From Pseudomonadota bacterium (GTDB taxonomy: Bacteria > Pseudomonadota > Gammaproteobacteria > Acidiferrobacterales > UBA6901): a stretch of DNA of 64,000 nt. Every line of letters starts with the position of its first letter. The first letter of the stretch is position 1. Shown here in pieces: positions 1-9,558 of this stretch. The stretch lies in contig DAHXOO010000007.1 of the NCBI GenBank assembly GCA_027364845.1, positions 12,385 to 76,384 on the forward strand. Direction: 5' to 3'. The notes beneath the pieces were generated by a model. The model had not been told where the DNA came from, searched no databases, and worked only from the letters and a program-made list of their open reading frames with translations. The position numbers and the translations under genes are program-made.

Positions 1-1064
1 GGGTACTTGACCATGCGCGCCGCAAGCCGCTTGCCACGCACCTCGACCTCACAGCGGCTGCCTGCGGGGACAGAGGCCGGCACACGCGCCAGGGCTATGG
101 ACCTTCCCAGCGTCGGTGAAAAGCTGCCGCTGGTGATTTCGCCTTCTCCGGCAGGACCACAGACAACTTTTTGATGATCTCGCAGGACACCCTTGTCCTC
201 AAGCACCAAGCCGACGAGTTTGCGCGACACGTTCTCGGCCCGTTGCCGCTCAAGCACATCGCGCCCGACGAAGTTGCGGCTCGCGGGATCCCAGCCAACG
301 GTCCAGGCAAGTCCGGATTCCAGCGGCGTGGTGGTTTCGTCCATGTCGTGGCCATAAAGATTCATGCCCGCCTCAAGACGCAGGGTGTCGCGCGCCCCGA
401 GTCCGATTGGAGCAACTCCAACCTCGGCCAGCCCCTGCCAGCTGTAAGGGGCGGCCTTGCCCGGGAGAATCAGCTCGAATCCGTCCTCCCCCGTATAACC
501 GGTAGTGGCAATGAACAGCTCGCCGATGTTGGTCGCATAAAAAGGCTTGAGTTTCGCGGTCGCCGGACGCAGCGCTTCACCCAGAGCTTGGTACACCTTT
601 TCGCGCGCATTTGGGCCCTGCACAGCGATAATGCTCAGATCGGGTCGCTGCAGGACACTCACCCCGCCCATCTCGCGCGCGGTCGCGTCCAGCCACGCCA
701 GATCCTTGGCGCGCGTTCCTGCGTTCATCACCAAGCGGAACCAATTTTCGTTCATGTAGTACACGATCAGGTCGTCGATTACCCCGCCCCTGGCATTAAG
801 CATGCAGGTATACATGGCTTTGCCAGGAGTCTTCAGCTTTTCGACGTTGTTGGCCATGAGCAGGCTGAGAAACGGACGCACGTTTGCGCCCTTCAAATCG
901 ACCACATTCATGTGTGAAACATCGAACATGCCCGCATCTTGCCTGACCTTGTGGTGTTCCTCGACCTGGGAACCGTAGTGCAGTGGCATGTCCCAGCCAC
1001 CGAAATCGACGATCTTGGCGCCCATTCTGACGTGGGTATCAAAAAGGGGGGTTCTATGGCCCAT
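1..1064 (-). CDS. gcvT: Glycine cleavage system aminomethyltransferase GcvT (C-terminus runs off the left window edge)
   Basis: Minus-strand translation from ATG at 1064 gives [52 protein letters not shown]..., the canonical GcvT N-terminus. It is absent from the ORF track because the ORF is open at the window edge. A glycine riboswitch lies upstream. Confidence 0.9.
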   Translation of the reverse strand, partial: MGHRTPLFDTHVRMGAKIVDFGGWDMPLHYGSQVEEHHKVRQDAGMFDVSHMNVVDLKGANVRPFLSLLMANNVEKLKTPGKAMYTCMLNARGGVIDDLIVYYMNENWFRLVMNAGTRAKDLAWLDATAREMGGVSVLQRPDLSIIAVQGPNAREKVYQALGEALRPATAKLKPFYATNIGELFIATTGYTGEDGFELILPGKAAPYSWQGLAEVGVAPIGLGARDTLRLEAGMNLYGHDMDETTTPLESGLAWTVGWDPASRNFVGRDVLERQRAENVSRKLVGLVLEDKGVLRDHQKVVCGPAGEGEITSGSFSPTLGRSIALARVPASVPAGSRCEVEVRGKRLAARMVKY

Positions 1065-1370
1065 CTAATCAACTCGCTTTATTTAACTTGGATACTGAAT
1101 TTTGTCGGCATGATGCGAGCTGCGTACCAACGGCGCAACCTTGATCCAATTGAAACCAAGGCCACGTCCAATGCGCCCGTACCCGGCGAATGTATTGGGA
1201 TACGCATAACTCAACGACCGGAGAGTGAACGCGGGACGGGCGCAGATACTGCCGGAGCGGCAGGCGCCGGACCCAGCCCGGTAGCGGAACGGCAGCGCGG
1301 AATGGACTCCGCCACCGCTACTGGCAGTCAAGTTTGCTTGGGAATGCACCATAAGGTCTTTCGCTCAATG

Positions 1371-1404
1371 AAAAAAGGGCGATGGACTGTCATGTCCATC
1401 GCCC
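1371..1404 (-). terminator. Intrinsic terminator serving as the expression platform of the glycine riboswitch
   Basis: On the minus strand GGGCGATGGA (1404-1395), an 8-nt loop and TCCATCGCCC (1386-1377) form a perfect 10-bp stem followed by TTTTTT (1376-1371). The 5' arm abuts the 3' end of aptamer 2. Confidence 0.75.
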
Positions 1405-1585
1405 CTCTGTCCGGTAACCTGAGAGCTTGAGCCCCTTCGGTGGATGCGCTCGCCCCGCACAGGGACGGCCAATCGCTCTCCAGAGTCGATCCTGCCTAAA
1501 CTGCGGTCCTTTTGCCTGAGCGTTTCCGGGCGGTTGCGCCTTCGGCGCCCCGGCATACATTCTCCAGGGCCTCTCCCACAGCGGT
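1405..1585 (-). promoter_or_regulatory. Tandem glycine riboswitch (two aptamers)
   Basis: The minus strand reads GGGAGAG...CGCCGAAGGCGCAA...CUCAGGCAAAAGGAC (aptamer 1), then CUCUGGAGAG...CACCGAAGGGGC...CUCUCAGG...GGACAGAGG (aptamer 2). These are the conserved cores of the glycine aptamer family. It sits upstream of gcvT, the classic regulated gene. Confidence 0.85.
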
Positions 1586-1938
1586 TCTGATCGCGGCTGC
1601 AACTATATCCCAGCCCCCCTGCCATGCCAAGGGGCACATCCACGAGTGCGCAGCGGCAAACATCAAAGGTCCGTGACTGACTTAGTGCGTGGCGTCAAGA
1701 CACTGTCGCGGGTTTGCTGGTCGGCGCAATAAAGGGCAACAGCAAGCACGACCGGGAAGGTTGGGAGTACCGACGGCGAACTTGCGCCGACAGACGGCCG
1801 TTAGAAGAAACATAGGCCCTGCCCTGGGCTTTTCGTGAACTAAACTTATGCGGAAACCACATCTGCGTTTCCAATAATTTTTCAAGTGAACCTCGAGGTT
1901 ATCGGGGTCTTCGGCAGGATAATTCGGGGGAGGTTCAA

Positions 1939-2775
1939 ATGGGTCTAGTTAAAAAATCAATACGCGTGTCGTTGTTCCTGTTTTGTGGACTATTCAGTGT
2001 GCCGGGATATGCCGAACTGGTGCTTGGCGCCCCACCACGGGAATCTGTCGCCAAGGCCGATGCACTCTACGATCCGATCGCCAACTTTCTTACCCAAGTC
2101 ACCGGACAGCGGGTCACCTACCGTTACGTCGACAACTGGTTGTCCTATCAAAGCGACATTCTCAACGGGAAATACGACATTGTGTTCGACGGACCTGCGT
2201 TCATCGGCTGGCGGATGGCAAAGTTCGGGTGGACACCGCTCGTGAAACTGCCCGGAAATCTGAGCTTCGTGGTTATCGTCGGGAAAAGCAACACGGCCGT
2301 AAAAAGTCTCAAGGACCTGGAGGGATATTCACTCTGCGGTTTCGCCCCTCCCAACCTGGCCACGCTCACGATTCAGTTCGAATTCACTAATCCGGCACGC
2401 CAGCCGCACCTGACTGCTGTTCGGACATTCGGCAAAGCTTACCATGGCGTTTCCTCTGGCAGGTGTGTTGCAGCGATCATGCAGGCAAAGCTGTATCGGC
2501 ACATCAATGCGAAACTCCATGCGGCCAGGGTGATCTACCATAGCCAACCACTACCGAACCAGGCGTTCTCCGCGGGTCCGCGCGTGCCACTGGCAATGCG
2601 CACGCAAATTGCTGCGGCACTGCTGTCCGCGCAAGGTAACGCAGCAACACGGAAGCTGCGTGCCGAGTTCAAAGCGGGCCGGTTCGTGCCCGCCACTGCA
2701 CAGGAGTACGCGGGTCTGGGCAGGCTTCTCAAAGACATCTGGGGGTTTGATCTGCAGACGACGTCAAATCCGTGA
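1939..2775 (+). CDS. Periplasmic PhnD-like (phosphonate/phosphite-type) substrate-binding protein, orphan
   Basis: Signal peptide (MGLVKKSIRVSLFLFCGLFSVPGYA). The body shows the PhnD-family pattern (YDPIANFL...G..V.Y..V..W..Y..DILNGKYDIVFDGP). GGGGGAGG RBS upstream of the ATG. No adjacent ABC permease or ATPase. Confidence 0.7.
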   Translation: MGLVKKSIRVSLFLFCGLFSVPGYAELVLGAPPRESVAKADALYDPIANFLTQVTGQRVTYRYVDNWLSYQSDILNGKYDIVFDGPAFIGWRMAKFGWTPLVKLPGNLSFVVIVGKSNTAVKSLKDLEGYSLCGFAPPNLATLTIQFEFTNPARQPHLTAVRTFGKAYHGVSSGRCVAAIMQAKLYRHINAKLHAARVIYHSQPLPNQAFSAGPRVPLAMRTQIAAALLSAQGNAATRKLRAEFKAGRFVPATAQEYAGLGRLLKDIWGFDLQTTSNP

Positions 2776-2796
2776 TTGCGCAGCACTACCTGGCGG

Positions 2797-3636
2797 CTAG
2801 CCAATATCGAACTCCGCAATAACCGGCGTGTGGTCGGATGGGCGCTCCAGTGCGCGCGGACCGCGGTCGATGCGGCATGACTTGCACAACCTGCATAGCT
2901 CGTGAGTGGCCAGAATATGGTCTATGCGCATGCCATGATTGCGGCGGAACGCGCCCATCCGGTAATCCCACCAACTGAACTGCTTTTCCGGTTGTTCAAA
3001 CAGCCGAAAGGTATCGCACAGCCGGTCGCCGATGAGCTGCCGGAAGGCGGCGCGCTCGGCGTCACTGAACAGAATGCGTCCTTCCCATACCAGTGGGTCA
3101 TGTACGTCACGTTCTTCCGGCGCGATATTGAAATCACCAAGAACTAGCGTGCGCGAGTGGGTACCGATCTGCTGTTCGATATAGGCAGCCAATTTCGCGA
3201 GCCAGGAAAGCTTGTAGGCATACTTGTCCGAACCTACGCTTTCGCCGTTCGGGACATATACGTTCAAAACGCGCATTTCTCCCCAAGTTGCACCGAGCAC
3301 GCGCCTTTGAGGATCCTGCAGGCCCGGAATGTCGAAAATCAGATCGGAAGGAGGGACGCGGCTGAGAAGCGCAACGCCGTTGTAGGTTTTCTGGCCTGAA
3401 TAGACCGCATGGTACCCGGCGCTCTTGATGGCGGCGACCGGGAACCTGTCATCGGTGATTTTTGTCTCCTGCAACGCGAGCACGTCAGGGTGTTCGCTTG
3501 CAAGCCAAGCCAACACCTGTTCAAGGCGCACAGACAGCGAATTGACGTTCCAGGTGGAAATCTTAAAAATGATGATAACCCATTGATTTACCCTAAGTAA
3601 TATAGCCATAGGCAAACCCAAGCTGGGTTGCGCCAT
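2797..3636 (-). CDS. xthA: Exodeoxyribonuclease III
   Basis: ISTWNVNSLSVRLEQVLAWL...PDVLALQETK...GDFNIAPE...SDHTPV are ExoIII/AP-endonuclease motifs. The true start is probably internal (Met at 3609 or a non-ATG codon closer to KISTWNVN). Confidence 0.9.
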   Translation of the reverse strand: MAQPSLGLPMAILLRVNQWVIIIFKISTWNVNSLSVRLEQVLAWLASEHPDVLALQETKITDDRFPVAAIKSAGYHAVYSGQKTYNGVALLSRVPPSDLIFDIPGLQDPQRRVLGATWGEMRVLNVYVPNGESVGSDKYAYKLSWLAKLAAYIEQQIGTHSRTLVLGDFNIAPEERDVHDPLVWEGRILFSDAERAAFRQLIGDRLCDTFRLFEQPEKQFSWWDYRMGAFRRNHGMRIDHILATHELCRLCKSCRIDRGPRALERPSDHTPVIAEFDIG

Positions 3637-3789
3637 CGTTAACTCCGGCGGGCAGCATCCTCCATACCACTGATGGAAGTTCGCCTGCGGCGAATTCCAT
3701 CGCAGGAGTTCAGGCCGCTCTGACGCGCAAGCATAACATGCTCAGCCATGGCCGCCCGACGCTGAGCCGGCCGAATCCCAGTACGCTTA

Positions 3790-3813
3790 ACAAGCTTCGT
3801 GACAAGCTTCGTG
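3790..3813. repeat. Perfect tandem duplication of the 12-mer ACAAGCTTCGTG
   Basis: Read directly: acaagcttcgtg acaagcttcgtg. It lies in the spacer between the glutaredoxin-like gene and xthA. Confidence 0.9.
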
Positions 3814-3838
3814 CCGCCTTTAATTATGGAACTGAACG

Positions 3839-4324
3839 CTACGGTGATGCGCCGTCGCTCGAGCTTTTTGTCTTGGAGTAGCCTACATGGTCCAGTGCGG
3901 CGGACAACTGCGTCTGCGCGAACCCTTGTATGACTTTAGAGCCGACCGTGATTGTCGGGACAGACAGATCGCCGGCCGCTTTGCGCATTTCCTGCTGAGC
4001 CTTGGGGTCAGTGGCGACATTTACTTCCCTGAAAGGAACTCCACGCTGCTTCAGATAGGCGCGCGCCAGGTCGCACGAATCGCAGTGCGGCACGGTGTAA
4101 AGCGTAACCGGGTGTTTGGCAGAAGCCCCGGAAGCGGCGTCGCGGCCTGAGGCCGGGACCTCATCCATGCTCCGGACCTGAACCTGCGCGGCACCGGCCG
4201 GGGGTGGCTGGTCCTGGTAAACGACGTTTCCGTTTTTGTCGACCCATCTGTAGACGGTGGCATGGCTTGTTGGGCTGACCCCAACTGACATGACCAGCAA
4301 TATCGCAATTGCGACGTTTTTCAT
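3839..4324 (-). CDS. DUF4124-like N-terminal domain fused to a glutaredoxin-fold domain (secreted)
   Basis: Start placed at the internal Met (MKNVAIAILLVMSVGVSPTSHA signal peptide), directly after the stop of the upstream gene. VYRWVDKNGNVVYQD is the DUF4124 signature. TLYTVPHCDSCDLARAYLKQRGVPFREVNV...VPTI is a glutaredoxin-like CxxC fold. Confidence 0.75.
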   Translation of the reverse strand: MKNVAIAILLVMSVGVSPTSHATVYRWVDKNGNVVYQDQPPPAGAAQVQVRSMDEVPASGRDAASGASAKHPVTLYTVPHCDSCDLARAYLKQRGVPFREVNVATDPKAQQEMRKAAGDLSVPTITVGSKVIQGFAQTQLSAALDHVGYSKTKSSSDGASP

Positions 4325-4326
4325 GT

Positions 4327-4932
4327 TCAAATCCTCAGATGCATTCCACCCAGCTTGCGACGATTCGCTTCGCGCAGCCAGATGACACCGGCGAAAAACC
4401 CTACTATGAGCATAGCAACTGAGATCGCTACCCAAGACCCTACGGCAAGCCGTGCAGTCCCACTTCCACCGAGAGCCATCGGTGCGGGAGCTGGAGCAGT
4501 TACCGGTAGAGACTGGGGAGGCCGGTTTGCCTGGGCCACTGTCGCGGCACGCAGCTGGATTGCAAGATCCGCCGCCTGGGCAGTTTCCTGGGTCAAGGCC
4601 GCCTGCGCTTTGGCGAGCTGCGCCTGGAGGGTCGCCTGCTGAACTCGCAGGTCATGGAGTTGCAAGCGCACCGGCGCATTTCGTGTAATCGCCGCAGCAT
4701 CTACCCACCCTTCACTGCCCTGTGGATCACGCACGAAAACCTCGCTGCCGTCCTGTGCCAAAAGGTCCAGAGCAGTGCCACTGACAAGATTCTTGACCAA
4801 GGGGGCACTGCTTGTCTGCGCCGCCCGCATTGGCACCTCGAAACGGTCGGTGACATAGGCCTGGTCGGCGAATCCGGTCACGGGTAACAGCACCAGTGTC
4901 CACGCGATGCTAGCGAACAGACGCGTTCTCAT
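4327..4932 (-). CDS. Bacterial SH3-domain protein with coiled coil and C-terminal membrane anchor (TIGR04211/YgiM-like)
   Basis: Signal peptide, then an SH3b-like segment (YVTDRFEVPMRA...GSEGWVDAAAI), then a Q/A-rich coiled coil, then a C-terminal TM helix followed by RREANRRK. Confidence 0.7.
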   Translation of the reverse strand: MRTRLFASIAWTLVLLPVTGFADQAYVTDRFEVPMRAAQTSSAPLVKNLVSGTALDLLAQDGSEVFVRDPQGSEGWVDAAAITRNAPVRLQLHDLRVQQATLQAQLAKAQAALTQETAQAADLAIQLRAATVAQANRPPQSLPVTAPAPAPMALGGSGTARLAVGSWVAISVAMLIVGFFAGVIWLREANRRKLGGMHLRI

Positions 4933-4944
4933 TGCTTGTCAGAT

Positions 4945-7005
4945 TCAATTCGTCAGACCGGAGTGACGCAACAGCGCATCGATCTTCGGTTCTCGGCCAC
5001 GAAACTTGACGAACAACTCCATCGGCTCATATACGCCGCCCTGCTCGAGGATGTTGTGCAGGAAATCCTCGCCGGTTCGTCGGTCGAAAACTCCGTTTTC
5101 CTCAAATTTGCTGAAAGCATCGGCTGACAGCACCTCAGCCCACTTGTAGCTGTAGTACCCTGCAGCATAGCCACCCGCGAAAATGTGCGAGAAGCTATTC
5201 TGAAACCTGCTGAACACCGGCGGGAACACGACCGCGACCTCTTTGCGGACCTCATCCAGAAGTTCCTGCACCGATTTCCGGGCGGTCGGGTCGAAGTCGC
5301 CGTGCAGACGCATATCGAACAGCGCGAACTCCAGCTGTCGCACCATCTGCATGCCGGATTGGAAATTCCTGGCAGCAATCATCTTGTCATACAAAGCCTG
5401 TGGCAGCGGTGCGCCGGTTTGGTAGTGGCGCGCCAGACCGTCCAGAGCCTGGCGCTCCCAGCACCAGTTCTCCATGAACTGACTTGGCAGTTCGACGGCA
5501 TCCCACGCGACGCCGTTGATGCCGGAAACACCGACATAATCGACGCGGGTCAACATATGATGCAGACCATGGCCAAATTCGTGAAACAGGGTAGTGACCT
5601 CGTCATGGGTGAGGAGCGCGGGATCGTCGCCTACCGGTGTGGTGAAATTGCAGACTAAGTAAGCCACCGGCACCTGTACGCTGGTGGCGGTGCGCTTTCG
5701 GCTGATGCAGTCATCCATCCACGCCCCACCGCGCTTTCCAGCCCTCGGATAAAGATCCATATAGAAACGTCCGCGAACCTCGCCGCGTGCGTCTCGGATT
5801 TCATAAAAGTGCACATTGGGATGCCAGACTTCGGGGTTGTCAGTCTGATGGATCTCCAGGCCGTAAAGCCGATTGACAACACCGAACATGCCGGCAATAA
5901 CCTGCGGCGCCGGAAAATATGCCCTCAAATCCTCATCGCAGAATGCATAACGGCGCTGGCGCAACTTTTCCGAATAGTATGGAATGTCCCAGGCCTCAAG
6001 GTCCGTGGCTCCGAACTCGGACACCACGAAAGCGCGTAGTTCCGCCAGCTCGCGCTGCGCCGCCGGGCGGGAACGCTCCGCAAGTCCCCGCAGGAAGGCC
6101 AGGACCTCATCAGCGCTTTTCGCCATTTTCGTCACCAGTGATAACGCCGCGTAGTTCGGATAACCGAGCAAGTGTGCTTCCTCGGCCCGCAAATTAAGCA
6201 GGCGTTCGATGACTTCGCCGTTATCCCAACGTCCGCTCTGGGGTCCCTGGTCGCTGGCACGGGTGACGTAGGCCTCGTATACGCACCGGCGCAATTCGCG
6301 CTTGTCGGAGTAAGACATGAAAGCAACATATGAGGGTCCGTGTAGACTGAACTTCCATCCGGACTTGCTTTCACACTCGGCAGCCTGGCGCGCGGCGGCA
6401 CGCGCGGACTCTGGCAACCCTTCCAGATCAGCCGCGTCTGTGATCAGCAATTCCCAACCATTGGTCGCGTCGAGTACGTTTTCCTCGAACCGGCTCGTCA
6501 GCATCGAAAGCTCCTGCTGAATTTCCCGGAAGCGGCTCTTTTCAGCAGCTCCCAGCTCCGCCCCGGACAGTCGGAAGTCGCGCAGCGTGTGCTCAACGAT
6601 TTTCCGCTGGGCTGCGGTCAATTCGGCAAATGACGCATCAGCGGCGATAGCCTTGTAGGCTCGATACACACGCTCGTCCTGGCCGAGATCGGTCTGATAA
6701 TCGCTGAGCTTGGGCAAACAGCGATTGTAGGCGGCGCGCAGCGGTTCACTGTTCATGACCGCATTGAGGTGGGATACCGGTGACCAGAGGCGGCCCAGTC
6801 GCTCCTCCATGTCTTCCATGGGCTGGGCAAAGCTGTTCCAGCTGTATTGCTTGCCTGCTGTCACCAAATGTTCACGTTCCCCCCGGTTGCGCGCCAGCAT
6901 CGCGTCCAGCGCCGGCTCGACATGCTCGGGAAGTATCGCCGTGAAGCGCGGCAAGCCGCTCAGATCAAGCAGGGGATTATCCGCTTCGCTCGCCACTTGT
7001 GTCAT
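4945..7005 (-). CDS. prlC: Oligopeptidase A (M3 family zinc metallopeptidase)
   Basis: 686 aa with the HEFGH zinc motif (TLFHEFGHGLHHML) and M3-type sequence throughout. Confidence 0.92.
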   Translation of the reverse strand: MTQVASEADNPLLDLSGLPRFTAILPEHVEPALDAMLARNRGEREHLVTAGKQYSWNSFAQPMEDMEERLGRLWSPVSHLNAVMNSEPLRAAYNRCLPKLSDYQTDLGQDERVYRAYKAIAADASFAELTAAQRKIVEHTLRDFRLSGAELGAAEKSRFREIQQELSMLTSRFEENVLDATNGWELLITDAADLEGLPESARAAARQAAECESKSGWKFSLHGPSYVAFMSYSDKRELRRCVYEAYVTRASDQGPQSGRWDNGEVIERLLNLRAEEAHLLGYPNYAALSLVTKMAKSADEVLAFLRGLAERSRPAAQRELAELRAFVVSEFGATDLEAWDIPYYSEKLRQRRYAFCDEDLRAYFPAPQVIAGMFGVVNRLYGLEIHQTDNPEVWHPNVHFYEIRDARGEVRGRFYMDLYPRAGKRGGAWMDDCISRKRTATSVQVPVAYLVCNFTTPVGDDPALLTHDEVTTLFHEFGHGLHHMLTRVDYVGVSGINGVAWDAVELPSQFMENWCWERQALDGLARHYQTGAPLPQALYDKMIAARNFQSGMQMVRQLEFALFDMRLHGDFDPTARKSVQELLDEVRKEVAVVFPPVFSRFQNSFSHIFAGGYAAGYYSYKWAEVLSADAFSKFEENGVFDRRTGEDFLHNILEQGGVYEPMELFVKFRGREPKIDALLRHSGLTN

Positions 7006-7055
7006 TGTAGGTTAGGAACACGATAGTTGACCGGAGCATCGTAATCTAGCATGCA

Positions 7056-8075
7056 TTGGCTAAACACAGTATCCGCCCGCGGGCCCGGAACGTGAGTCAC
7101 ACTCATCCTTATGAGGGACTCACTCCAGAGATAATCCTGGATGCAGTCGAGCGTCTGCCAGTACGCTGTTCAGGCGGTCTGCTGGCACTCAACAGTTACG
7201 AGAATCGCGTCTATCGCGTCGACACCGAGACCTGCGGTCCTCTGGCTGTAAAATTCTACCGTCCGGGCCGGTGGACCGATGAACAGATTGCGGAGGAGCA
7301 TGCTTTTACCCAGGAGCTTGCCGAACAGGAGATTCCGGTGGTCACACCACTGGTCGGCCCCGAAGGGTCGACGCTGTGTCATTACGCTGGCTTCCGCTAC
7401 GCGCTGTTTCCATGGCAACCCGGGCGCGCATCGGAACTCGGTTTGGCGGAAGAGCGGCGCATGCTTGGCCGTTTTCTGGGTCGTCTTCATCGCGTCGGCG
7501 CAAGCGCTCACTTCCACAGCCGCCCACAATTGACCATCGAAGCGTTCGGCCGCGAACCCGTCCGCTACCTGCTCGATCATGGGTTCCTGCCCGGCTACCT
7601 TGACCAGGCTTATCGCTCGCTCGCGTCAGAACTGGTCGAGCGTGTGGCCCGGACCATGACCGCTGTGTCCGCGCGCGTGCTGCGGCTGCATGGCGACTGT
7701 CATCTCGGCAATCTGCTGTGGACACAGACCGGCCCGCACATCGTCGATTTCGACGATTCCCGCAGTGGTCCCGCGATCCAGGATTTGTGGATGCTGCTGT
7801 CAGGGGATCGGGACGCAATGCAGCAGCAGCTGGGCGATATACTTGAGGGATATACCGGCTTCATGGACTTCGACTCAACCGAACTCGCGTTGATTGAGCC
7901 ACTCCGCACGCTGAGACTCATTCACTACAGTGCCTGGCTGGCGCGTCGCTGGGACGACCCGGCATTTCCACGAAGTTTTCCATGGTTCAACACCACGCGC
8001 TATTGGGAGGAACAGGTGCTCACTCTTCGCGAGCAGCAGGCTCTGCTGGACGAAGCGCCACTGTCCTGGGGCTAA
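7056..8075 (+). CDS. srkA: Stress response kinase A (YihE/RdoA family Ser/Thr kinase)
   Basis: LNSYENRVYRV, HGDCHLGNLLW and IVDFDD motifs typical of SrkA/APH-fold kinases. The track start is TTG; a GTG at 7092 is an alternative. Confidence 0.8.
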   Translation: MAKHSIRPRARNVSHTHPYEGLTPEIILDAVERLPVRCSGGLLALNSYENRVYRVDTETCGPLAVKFYRPGRWTDEQIAEEHAFTQELAEQEIPVVTPLVGPEGSTLCHYAGFRYALFPWQPGRASELGLAEERRMLGRFLGRLHRVGASAHFHSRPQLTIEAFGREPVRYLLDHGFLPGYLDQAYRSLASELVERVARTMTAVSARVLRLHGDCHLGNLLWTQTGPHIVDFDDSRSGPAIQDLWMLLSGDRDAMQQQLGDILEGYTGFMDFDSTELALIEPLRTLRLIHYSAWLARRWDDPAFPRSFPWFNTTRYWEEQVLTLREQQALLDEAPLSWG

Positions 8076-8403
8076 GTCTGCGATACCGCTAGTGTGTCAC
8101 TTCTGCTGCAACTCCGACACGCTCACCCATGTGAGCAGCGCGCCTCCGCTGAATTCGAACACCTTTTTTTGACTTGCCTGGGTCACGCACCCATTTGCGG
8201 TATGTTACTTCTAGGTATCGGCGGTGCACATCTGTTCGGCTGTGACCGGAATCGCAAGTGGATCGTTTGTTCGGCAGTGCATGTTGTTGGATTTAAGCAT
8301 GATTACGGCCCGCGACGACGGCCGTCCGGCTTGATCGCCGGCGCGAGGCCGCCGTTGGCGCGAAAAAGCGATGTGGACTCGCACCGGCGAACGCCTAATG
8401 GTA

Positions 8404-9273
8404 CTACTGCCGGGCACGCAGAACCGCAAGCACTGCTGCGGTCTCGGGGCGCTTGCCGCGCCAGAAAAAATAGGATTCCGCAGCCTGTTCCACCAGCATT
8501 CCGAGACCATCGGAGGTATGCGCTGCACCGTTTTGCTGCGCCCACTCCATGAACGGCGTCGGCCGGCTACCATACATCATATCGTAGGCAAACGCGCCGG
8601 CGTTGAACAGATCATGGGGCAGCGGCGGCAGTTCTCCCTGCAAGCTCGCACTGGTTCCGTTGATGACGATGTCGAAGCGTCGTCCGACGAGTTCATGGAA
8701 ACCACAGGCACTGACCGGTGGACCCCCGAACAGCAGCTCCAGTTCCTTCGCGCGAACCACAGTGCGATTGGCGATAACAACAGAGTCGGGCGCGCAATCC
8801 AGCACCGGGGCCAGCACCCCGCGCACAGCCCCACCAGCGCCGAGAATCAGAACGCTCTTGCCGCGGAATAGCGTCTCCGGGCATCGCTCCACATGCGGAT
8901 GCCACTCGATGTCAAGAAGTCTGGCCAGGTCACGCACCAGGCCAAGGCCATCTGTGTTATGCGCCTCGATCCGTCCGTCAGATCTGAATCTGAGTGTGTT
9001 CGCCGCCTGCGCCTTCTCCGCCAAGTCGGTGTGCAAGTCGGCCAGTCTGTACGCTTCCAGTTTGAACGGTACCGTCACGTTCAATCCGAGACCCCCAGTC
9101 GCGCGGAACTGTTCGACCGCCTGCGCAAAGCCACCGGGGTCAACCTGAATCGCTGTGTAGTCGATATTGTCCTTGAACTGGCCAGCGAACAGCCGGTGAA
9201 TCATCGGCGACTTGCTGTGGCCAATGGGGTTACCCATCACCGCATAGCAATCTAGCCTGTCAGAATCAAGCAT
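8404..9273 (-). CDS. aroE: Shikimate 5-dehydrogenase
   Basis: YAVMGNPIGHSKSPMIHRLF N-terminus and the LILGAGGAVRGV Rossmann motif. Confidence 0.9.
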   Translation of the reverse strand: MLDSDRLDCYAVMGNPIGHSKSPMIHRLFAGQFKDNIDYTAIQVDPGGFAQAVEQFRATGGLGLNVTVPFKLEAYRLADLHTDLAEKAQAANTLRFRSDGRIEAHNTDGLGLVRDLARLLDIEWHPHVERCPETLFRGKSVLILGAGGAVRGVLAPVLDCAPDSVVIANRTVVRAKELELLFGGPPVSACGFHELVGRRFDIVINGTSASLQGELPPLPHDLFNAGAFAYDMMYGSRPTPFMEWAQQNGAAHTSDGLGMLVEQAAESYFFWRGKRPETAAVLAVLRARQ

Positions 9274-9558
9274 CGTTCGTCCTGCGTCGCCGCGCTCCGC
9301 CCGATGGCGGGTTGCGGGAACTGTCCCACGGGATCTTTTAGCCCACCGCCGACCCTATGCGGCGCCCAAACATGGTAAACCCTTGAGGCGCTGCCCTGAT
9401 ACCAGATTCTGGGCACAAATGCGCGAACCTCCAAGTACGTTCATTACGCTTCGGGCGCCCCAGTGCCCTGGTCGTGTCCGGCCCGCGCCTACCACATCGC
9501 TGGCATCTCTGACATCCAGGGCCAGGAGGCAACCAGACCTGCGACGCTGCGCACCTGG

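Noticed and set aside
171-917. 248-aa plus-strand ORF at the left edge
   Set aside because: It is antisense to a clear gcvT reading frame whose minus-strand translation matches the GcvT family end to end. Its own sequence is Arg/Gly/His-rich and non-protein-like.
1200-1320. Plus-strand sequence CCGGAGAG...GCCGGAGCGGCAG...CCGGAC vaguely resembling a glycine aptamer core
   Set aside because: There are several mismatches to the conserved CACCGAAGGGGCAA and CUCAGGCAAAAGGAC cores. No plus-strand gene lies directly downstream; only the antisense of the real minus-strand riboswitch follows before the PhnD-like gene at 1939. It is most likely chance similarity in GC-rich sequence.
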